The notes under the pieces are model-generated. The model was not told where the DNA came from, did not search any database, and saw nothing but the letters and a program-made list of their open reading frames with translations. Positions 58,054-64,000 of a stretch of DNA of 64,000 bases are shown one piece after another. Origin of the DNA: Clostridia bacterium (lineage in GTDB: Bacteria > Bacillota > Clostridia > Oscillospirales > Acutalibacteraceae); assembly GCA_017397125.1 (NCBI GenBank), contig JAFQKB010000047.1, forward strand, positions 36,732 through 100,731, in the 5' to 3' direction. The translations under genes were made by a program, and so were the position numbers. Position 1 is the stretch's first letter, and each line of letters opens with the position of its first letter.

Positions 58054-58123
58054 AGGTTTCTCCTTGTCTGTGTGCTTATATTTCTGCTCTATCGGGTAAA
58101 AATCAAATTGGATAAAAGGGGGA

Positions 58124-58489
58124 ATGGCTGTGGGGAATTCGGTAAAATACGTGGTGGCCGGTCTGCTGGCCGGCGTGTGCAACGGTCTGTTCGGTGCCGG
58201 CGGCGGGCTGTTGTTGGTGCCGCTGCTCATCGGCTGGGTGGGATTGGAGGAAAAGCAGGCCTTTGCCACCTCGGTGGCCATCATCCTGCCGCTGTCGGTG
58301 ACATCCTACGTGCTGTTCTGCCTGCGGGGCGGCAACGTGTGGGGGGACGCTCTCCCCTATCTTCTGGGCGGCGTGGTGGGCGGCGCTTTGTCCATCAAGC
58401 TGTTTCGCAATATTTCGCCAAAGTGGCTCCATCGGCTCTTTGGGGCACTCATCTTATACGGCGCGGTAAAGGCGGTGTTTTTGTTGTGA
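58124..58489 (+). CDS. TauE/SafE-family anion exporter, N-terminal half-size protein
   Basis: 121 aa with about 4 TM helices and the GLFGAGGGLLLVP motif. Confidence 0.7.
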   Translation: MAVGNSVKYVVAGLLAGVCNGLFGAGGGLLLVPLLIGWVGLEEKQAFATSVAIILPLSVTSYVLFCLRGGNVWGDALPYLLGGVVGGALSIKLFRNISPKWLHRLFGALILYGAVKAVFLL

Positions 58490-58866
58490 TGTTCGTTGCG
58501 TTTTTGGTGGGTGTGGCCACCGGCATCATCAGCGGTTTCGGCATCGGCGGCGGCTCGCTGCTGGTGCTGTACCTGACCGCCGTCATGGGCGTGTCCCAGT
58601 ATACCGCCGGCGGCATCAATCTGCTGTATTTCATCGGGTGCGCTCCGGCCGCCCTCATTGGTCACATCCAAAATAAAGCCATCCATTGGAAAGCCACGCT
58701 ATGGTGCGCCGCCGCCGGGGTGGCAGCCGCTATCCCCGCCTCGCTGCTGGCGGCCCACATGGATGTGAATCTGTTGCGCCGGCTGTTCGGCGGTATCCTG
58801 CTGTATATCGGCATCAAGGAGCTGCGCTACGGGCGAAAAGCCAAGCAGGACCGCAATACAGATTAA
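58489..58866 (+). CDS. TauE/SafE-family anion exporter, C-terminal half-size protein
   Basis: 125 aa. Its ATG overlaps the upstream TGA (TGATG). It has the GFGIGGGSLLV motif. It is the last 378 nt of the spurious 836-aa track ORF. Confidence 0.7.
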   Translation: MFVAFLVGVATGIISGFGIGGGSLLVLYLTAVMGVSQYTAGGINLLYFIGCAPAALIGHIQNKAIHWKATLWCAAAGVAAAIPASLLAAHMDVNLLRRLFGGILLYIGIKELRYGRKAKQDRNTD

Positions 58867-58975
58867 AGTGTACCATAATTGCCGCCGGTTTGCAATGAAA
58901 AAAGCAGCCATTTCCGGCACTTTTCGCCCCGGATGCCAGCTAATGCGAATTTTTGCATTTTTTCGCAAAAAACTG

Positions 58976-59004
58976 TTGACAAAAGGCGGTGCATCCAGTA
59001 TAAT
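58976..59004 (+). promoter_or_regulatory. Consensus sigma-A promoter of the tRNA operon
   Basis: TTGACA, 17 nt, TATAAT, ending about 30 nt before tRNA-Asp. Confidence 0.75.
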
Positions 59005-59033
59005 AATCAACGTTGTCAACAGACGACACAAGT

Positions 59034-59110
59034 GGCCCGGTAGTTCAGCTGGTTAGAACGCTAGCCTGTCACGCTAGAGGTCGACGGTTCGAGCCCGTTC
59101 CGGGTCGCCA
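59034..59110 (+). tRNA. tRNA-Asp (GTC), CCA encoded
   Basis: The cloverleaf folds by hand: acceptor GGCCCGG/CCGGGTC, anticodon stem CTAGC/GCTAG, loop CTGTCAC, T-loop TTCGAGC. Confidence 0.9.
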
Positions 59111-59113
59111 CCT

Positions 59114-59189
<76 letters not shown>

Positions 59190-59228
59190 AAAATCCCGTT
59201 CACGTAAGTGGGCGGGATTTTACTTTTT
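59190..59228 (+). terminator. Rho-independent terminator of the tRNA operon
   Basis: AAATCCCG-14 nt-CGGGATTT, followed by TACTTTTT. Confidence 0.65.
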
Positions 59229-59232
59229 ACAT

Positions 59233-59310
59233 ATTACTTCTTCACTCTTACTTCAAATAAAGTTTGATACGGGATTTTTGGGAAGTAATAAGTAATAGGT
59301 AAGAAGTAAT
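59233..59310. repeat. Imperfect inverted repeat built from AAGTAATA-like units
   Basis: Left arm ATTACTTCTTCACTCTTACTTC (59233-59254). Right arm GAAGTAATAAGTAATAGGTAAGAAGTAAT (59282-59310). The outer 10 nt and the inner 7 nt are complementary. Confidence 0.55.
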
Positions 59311-59354
59311 AAGTTCGGTGTGGCTTCGCCACGAATTATAAAAAATGCTCCGCA

Positions 59355-59383
59355 TTGATTTTCCACCGCTTTTATGCTATAAT
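59355..59383 (+). promoter_or_regulatory. Sigma-A promoter candidate
   Basis: TTGATT, 17 nt, TATAAT, upstream of the 59405 ORF. Confidence 0.55.
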
Positions 59384-59404
59384 TTACAGGGAGGCGGTGA
59401 CGAG

Positions 59405-59980
59405 ATGAATTCACAAATAATTTCTAAATCTTTTCTTGTTGATTTTGATGCGATTATTGACCTTTGTGCAGGTTTTGATGCGTATTTTGAAAAACATCCA
59501 GACGAAGAAAAAGATTTTCCGCACTGTAACCAACCAATAGGGTGGCAGCGAACCAAATGTAAAGTGAAAAGTCGCGAAATGTTCGTAGGCAAAAAAACGG
59601 AAAACTTTAATAAACTTTTGAATATTATGTCAATCGAGGTTGATGCCGCTTTTTTAGAGGCAGAATATTATCTTACGCCCAGAGGAGAAGGCGACATATA
59701 TAAATATACAAACGATACATATTCTATTGACTTTGATTTTTATATTGACCCTACTGCACAGATAGAGTGCTGCGCAATCTCTGTATCATTTCCTAAGGAT
59801 AAAGAAAATGAAATTGTAAGCATAATTCGTGAACTTCAAAATGACTCGGTATATGTTGTAAAAAAGATTCATGATGGAGATTTCAAAAAATTTTATAAAG
59901 CAATAAATAGACAAGATATTATAAATAAACGAAAAAGCAACATGTTTAATAGAATATATACTTTTTTAAAGAAAATTTGA
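59405..59980 (+). CDS. Hypothetical protein (191 aa), low GC, no recognisable domain
   Basis: The ATG follows GGGAGG. The sequence is rich in Asp/Glu/Lys/Phe/Tyr. It has its own promoter and terminator. Confidence 0.6.
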   Translation: MNSQIISKSFLVDFDAIIDLCAGFDAYFEKHPDEEKDFPHCNQPIGWQRTKCKVKSREMFVGKKTENFNKLLNIMSIEVDAAFLEAEYYLTPRGEGDIYKYTNDTYSIDFDFYIDPTAQIECCAISVSFPKDKENEIVSIIRELQNDSVYVVKKIHDGDFKKFYKAINRQDIINKRKSNMFNRIYTFLKKI

Positions 59981-60040
59981 GAATATCCTCGGTTTTTAGG
60001 CACACTTCATTCGTGTCATTAAGTTCAAAACTCCCAAAGC

Positions 60041-60077
60041 AAAAATCCGCTCTCGTATGAGGGCGGATTTTTGTTTT
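60041..60077 (+). terminator. Rho-independent terminator
   Basis: AAAAATCCGC-12 nt-GCGGATTTTTGTTTT. Confidence 0.75.
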
Positions 60078-60174
60078 GTATCATTTTGTTAAAGCACACA
60101 GCTACTTTTTAGTGATAATAACAATTGCGCCTCCCTCGCCGCTGTGATACAATTACTTTATAGGCGGTGATTGT

Positions 60175-60762
60175 ATGAAAAAAATTATCGGTATCATTCT
60201 TACGGCAACCATTTTAACTCTCTGTCTATGCGGCTGTCAAAAGCCAAATGAGGAGAATCCTGATGACAGCTCCTCCTCTATTGCAAACACTTTAGAGGAA
60301 AACAGCGATGACAGCTCTATCCCCGACGAAAGCACAGTGGAGCAATACAACGGCATAGAGTCCCTAGCCGATAAACTCACCCGGGAAATTGACGAAGCCT
60401 ATGCGAAGGAAGAATATTTGCCCGAATACAGCTCCACTGCCGGAATGGTTGCGCTGGCGGATAAGTACAGAGAAAAGTGGGCAGAAGTAGCCGATGAATA
60501 CTACAATAAGATCATGGAATACAACGGCATTATTCAGGGGTCCGATGACTATTATTCGTCGGACGATCTGCACACTTTTGTTTCCAATATGAAAACCAGT
60601 TGGGAACAATACAACCAGACGCAGTGCGAAAACTATATTAAAGTTCTGGAAACAATTTATGCCGGTGGTACGATAGTGCGTCCAATTTTTGCAGATTACA
60701 AACTTAATCTGCAAAAAGAATGGGCGTTGCGTCTCGTCATAATTTACGACCAGTTGTATTAA
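60175..60762 (+). CDS. Lipoprotein, possibly DUF1311/LprI-like
   Basis: Signal peptide with lipobox LCLCGC, then an acidic Ser/Asp linker. The W/Y/C-spaced helical domain (KWAEVADEYYNK...SWEQYNQTQCENY...QKEWALRL) is reminiscent of DUF1311. Confidence 0.55.
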   Translation: MKKIIGIILTATILTLCLCGCQKPNEENPDDSSSSIANTLEENSDDSSIPDESTVEQYNGIESLADKLTREIDEAYAKEEYLPEYSSTAGMVALADKYREKWAEVADEYYNKIMEYNGIIQGSDDYYSSDDLHTFVSNMKTSWEQYNQTQCENYIKVLETIYAGGTIVRPIFADYKLNLQKEWALRLVIIYDQLY

Positions 60763-60783
60763 GTACTTATTGTCTACACCATA

Positions 60784-60815
60784 AAAATCCCGAATGCGAT
60801 CGCATTCGGGATTTT
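60784..60815. terminator. Bidirectional terminator (perfect palindrome)
   Basis: AAAATCCCGAATGC-GATC-GCATTCGGGATTTT. Confidence 0.75.
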
Positions 60816-60817
60816 CT

Positions 60818-61090
60818 TTATGTAACCGAAAATATCACATTCAGCAGCAGCAGTGCGGTCACACCCGGTATGCCCAGGGCGGCGGCGGTGACGGCGGTGA
60901 GCCACCCCACCCCCATCGCCACGTTGGTAAAGGCACCCAAAAAGTTCACCAGCCCCAGGGCACACAACCCCTGGAGTCCGGAACCCAACAGACTGCGCAG
61001 CGGGCGGCGGCTGCGCACAGCCGCCGCCAGCACCGCCAGCCCGATCAAACAAGCCAACCCAATCAAGCCAATTCGCAACCAATTACTCAT
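60818..61090 (-). CDS. bofA: Pro-sigma-K processing inhibitor BofA family protein
   Basis: 90-aa membrane protein downstream of a YaaL-like gene, matching the yaaL-bofA synteny of Bacillus. Confidence 0.7.
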   Translation of the reverse strand: MSNWLRIGLIGLACLIGLAVLAAAVRSRRPLRSLLGSGLQGLCALGLVNFLGAFTNVAMGVGWLTAVTAAALGIPGVTALLLLNVIFSVT

Positions 61091-61102
61091 AACCGATTCC
61101 TT

Positions 61103-61354
61103 TCACTCATTCCACAGATGCGCCTTTTCCCGGCAGGTTATCCCCTGCTGACGGGCCGTGCGCAGCAGATACCGGTACTGTGCCCGCAGAGACTCCAGCT
61201 CATAGATGCACCCCTCGATCAGATCCGGGTCCGTCTCCTGGTCAAAGCGGCTCTGCACCACGTCGATGGCGGCGCACACCTGCCGGATGGACTCGATGAG
61301 CGGATGCGGCGGTGTATCCTCCCGCAGCAGCAGTTTGCGTAACGTTCGTTGCAT
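61103..61354 (-). CDS. YaaL-like DUF2508 protein
   Basis: 83 aa, helical. It has the conserved F....DPDLIE..IYEL....A.Y.YL pattern. Confidence 0.65.
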   Translation of the reverse strand: MQRTLRKLLLREDTPPHPLIESIRQVCAAIDVVQSRFDQETDPDLIEGCIYELESLRAQYRYLLRTARQQGITCREKAHLWNE

Positions 61355-61430
61355 AGTCTATGACCGCCCTTTCTCTCTCATTCTATGAAACAGTATAGGC
61401 GGTTTAGACATTCTTCATACAGATCAAAAC

Positions 61431-61463
61431 AAAAAAGAGGCCCCTATGAAAGGAGCCTCTTTT
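61431..61463 (-). terminator. Rho-independent terminator after secG
   Basis: AGAGGC-13 nt-GCCTCT, with a T run on the minus strand. Confidence 0.6.
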
Positions 61464-61476
61464 CAGAAAAACCGAA

Positions 61477-61869
61477 TTACTTGGACACGTCGCTGCTGGC
61501 AGCGGTGGTAGTGGTTTTGGAAGTGGCGGAACCACTGGTGGTGGTGGAAGTGCTAGTGTCAGAGACAGAGGAGCTGGTGGTGCTGTTGGTAGAAGAAGAA
61601 CCAGCCTTGTCCAGAGCGTCCTTGCTCAGGAACTTGGTCACCAGCATACCGGCCAGAACCAGCACGAAGAAGGCGACGGCAATGATCTTGGTCCACTTGG
61701 ACAGCTTGGCGTCCAGGGACTTGGCAGCGCCCTTATCCATAAAGCTCTCGGCGGCACCGGAGATGACGCCCACATTGGCCTGACGGCCCTCCTGCAGCAA
61801 CACCACAAAGATGACCGCCAGGGAGAATACGATCAAAATCGCACCGATAATATACTCAAAAACAGACAT
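61477..61869 (-). CDS. secG: Preprotein translocase subunit SecG with a Ser/Thr-rich C-terminal tail
   Basis: Two TM helices, VLLQEGRQANVG motif, then a tail of about 45 aa rich in S/T. Confidence 0.75.
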   Translation of the reverse strand: MSVFEYIIGAILIVFSLAVIFVVLLQEGRQANVGVISGAAESFMDKGAAKSLDAKLSKWTKIIAVAFFVLVLAGMLVTKFLSKDALDKAGSSSTNSTTSSSVSDTSTSTTTSGSATSKTTTTAASSDVSK

Positions 61870-62094
61870 TTGAAATAACCTCCAGAATCTTTTTGCTCAT
61901 AAATCCAATATATTCTAACACAACGCATACAGAAATGCAAGTGTTTTTTTACTATATTGGAATAATTATTTATTCGCCGCAAAAACTAGTGCCAGCAACG
62001 GTTATTGTAAGCTGCGTTTGCCGTGACCGCTGCCGGAAACCGCTATCGACGCGGAGTCTGCATGGCTCCCCCGGCAGCGGTTTTCTTTTTTTGG

Positions 62095-64000
62095 TCACAG
62101 CATGGTCAGCTGCTCGCCGAAGTCCTCCGCCTGTGGCATGGCGCCGGCAGCCGGCAGAGACTTGGTGCGGTAGCGGCTCTCCTTGGTCAGGGAGCCGGGC
62201 TTGTAGGGCACCACGCTCTGCAGGGTGTGCCGCCCCTTGAGGGTCAGTACCTGCACGCCGACGGTACTGCGGGTGGACTTGGGTGCGATGGCGCCGGTGT
62301 GCAGCAGCAGACGGCGGCCAGAGGTGGAGGTCAGCACAAACTCGCTGTCCTGGGGCACGTAATAGGCGGCAATCAGCGGCGATTTATCGCTGTAGGCACC
62401 CACCAGCTTGCGGCGGTTGGCCTTGGTGGCGTAGGCGGACATTTCCACCTTGGCTACCTTGCCGTTTTCGTAGAAGAACAGCATAAAGCCGGTGTACTCG
62501 GCCAGCACCGCCATATAGCGGGTGCTCTCCCCCTCCTCAAAGCCCAGCTTGGCCGGGATATAATCGCCCATGACGCTGGTCTTGGTATCCTTGAAATCGT
62601 CGGCGTGGCTCTTGTACACCGCGCACCGGTCGCTGAAGAACAGCAGATCCCGGTTGTTGGTGGTCTCCACCGTCTGGACGATATCGTCGCCCTCCTTGAG
62701 CTTGTGCTCGCCGCTCATACGCAGGGACTGGGGCGTGATCTTTTTGAAATACCCCTCCTTGGTGAAGAACAGGGTGCAGGCGTAATCCGCCACCGGCTCC
62801 TCCGCCTCGGTCTCCTCCACGATGTCGGTGGCATAGACGATCTGGGTGCGGCGGGGCTGGCCGTATTTCTTCGCTACCGTCTGCAGCTCGTCGATGATGA
62901 TGCGGCGGATGCGGGCCTTGCTCTTAAGTGTGTCCTCCAGGTCGGCCACCAGCTTCTCCAAGTCAGAAACGTCCTTGAGGCGCTTGACAATATACTCCCG
63001 GTTGAGGTGGCGCAGCTTGATCTCCGCTACGTATTCTGCCTGGATCTGGTCGATGCCAAAGCCAATCATTAGGTTGGGTACCACCTCGGCCTCCTCCTCC
63101 GTCTCCCGGACGATGGCGATGGCCTTGTCAATATCCAGCAGGATCTTCTCCAGACCCTTGAGCAGATGCAGACGCTCTCTGGCTTTGGACAGGTCGAAAT
63201 ACACCCGGCGGCGAACGCACTCCATACGGAAGGCGATCCACTCATCCAGCAGCCCCCGCACGCCCATCACCATAGGCACACCGCCCACCAGGACGTTGAA
63301 GTTACAGCCAAAAGAATCCTCCAGGGGCGTGGACACGAACAGCTTATTCATCAGCTTGTCCGGGTCGGTACCCCGCTTGAGGTCGATGGTGATCTTAAGA
63401 CCGTTCAGGTCGGTCTCGTTTCGGATATCGTTGATCTCCTTCACTTTGCCGGCCTTGACCAGCTCGGACACCTTGGCGATGATCGCCTCGATGCTGGTGG
63501 TATAGGGGATCTCGGTCACGTCGATGCAGTTGTTGGCCTTATCGTAGGTATAGACCGACCGCACCTTGACACTGCCGCGGCCGGTGTCGTAGATCTTCTC
63601 CAGGTCCTCGCGCTTATACACCAGCTGGCCGCCGCCGGGAAAATCCGGAGCCTTCAGGGTGGACAGAATATCGTGGTCCGGGTCCTTGAGCAGGGCGATG
63701 GTGGTCTCGCACACCTCATCCAGGTTAAAGGAGCAGATGTTGCTGGCCATACCAACGGCAATACCCAGGTTATTGTTGACCAGAATGGACGGAAAGGTCA
63801 CCGGAAACAGCTGAGGCTCCTTCATGGTGGCGTCAAAGTTATCCACAAAGTCTACGGCGTCCTTGTCAATATCCGCAAACAGCTCCGCCGCGATGGGTGC
63901 CAGTTTGGCCTCGGTATAACGGGAGGCGGCGCACTCCATATCGGTGGAATAGGCTTTACCGAAGTTACCCTTGGACTCCACAAAGGGGTGTAGCAGCGCC
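62095..64000 (-). CDS. DNA gyrase/topoisomerase IV subunit A family protein (ParC-like); N-terminus lies outside the window
   Basis: RYTEAKL, NNNLGIAVGMASNI and C-terminal beta-pinwheel repeats. The ORF is open at the window end. Confidence 0.85.
   Translation of the reverse strand, partial: ALLHPFVESKGNFGKAYSTDMECAASRYTEAKLAPIAAELFADIDKDAVDFVDNFDATMKEPQLFPVTFPSILVNNNLGIAVGMASNICSFNLDEVCETTIALLKDPDHDILSTLKAPDFPGGGQLVYKREDLEKIYDTGRGSVKVRSVYTYDKANNCIDVTEIPYTTSIEAIIAKVSELVKAGKVKEINDIRNETDLNGLKITIDLKRGTDPDKLMNKLFVSTPLEDSFGCNFNVLVGGVPMVMGVRGLLDEWIAFRMECVRRRVYFDLSKARERLHLLKGLEKILLDIDKAIAIVRETEEEAEVVPNLMIGFGIDQIQAEYVAEIKLRHLNREYIVKRLKDVSDLEKLVADLEDTLKSKARIRRIIIDELQTVAKKYGQPRRTQIVYATDIVEETEAEEPVADYACTLFFTKEGYFKKITPQSLRMSGEHKLKEGDDIVQTVETTNNRDLLFFSDRCAVYKSHADDFKDTKTSVMGDYIPAKLGFEEGESTRYMAVLAEYTGFMLFFYENGKVAKVEMSAYATKANRRKLVGAYSDKSPLIAAYYVPQDSEFVLTSTSGRRLLLHTGAIAPKSTRSTVGVQVLTLKGRHTLQSVVPYKPGSLTKESRYRTKSLPAAGAMPQAEDFGEQLTML

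Noticed and set aside
56356-58866. 836-aa plus-strand ORF, the longest in this part of the track
   Set aside because: Most of it is antisense to the well-supported TIGR03960 radical SAM gene. Its composition is the low-complexity Gly/Ala/Arg/Leu/Gln/His pattern typical of shadow ORFs in high-GC DNA. Only its last 378 nt (58489-58866) are a real TauE-half gene.

Overview
This 64-kb window is a high-GC Firmicute (Clostridia-like, spore-former) chromosome. The taxon guess rests on gene content and synteny only: bofA/yaaL, SpoVD-class PBP, sepF-ylmH-divIVA, miaB-ymcA-mutS-mutL-miaA and tig-clpP-clpX-lon-engB. Most of the window (about 7.4-59 kb and 60.8-64 kb) is ordinary, tightly packed housekeeping DNA. 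It carries aminoacyl-tRNA synthetases (trpS, glnS, argS), mismatch repair, tRNA modification, cell division, Clp/Lon proteolysis, signal peptidases, rplS and a tRNA-Asp/tRNA-Thr pair. The outstanding feature is at the left end, about 836-7330. It is a complete, co-oriented, low-GC gene set of a gokushovirus-like Microviridae (ssDNA) phage integrated in the chromosome. It encodes the replication initiator VP4, major capsid VP1, pilot protein VP2, scaffold VP3, a VP5-like protein and a 39-aa basic RGGxRL-tail protein that the ORF track missed. Directly downstream on the same strand lie a 50-aa single-TM ORF (also missed by the track) and a tyrosine recombinase. This looks like a temperate microvirus carrying its own integrase. 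I could not define the att sites, and the left flank (PBP gene) is also of lower GC, so the element or island may extend past the window edge. A second, smaller accessory spot is a low-GC two-gene islet just downstream of the tRNA pair (59.2-60.8 kb). No CRISPR array, rRNA or IS transposase was seen. Many long ORFs in the track are antisense shadows typical of high-GC DNA and are not reported. Coordinates for features I called by hand (small ORFs, motifs, hairpins, revised starts) may be off by 1-2 nt. GC values are hand counts on a few 60-120-nt samples.
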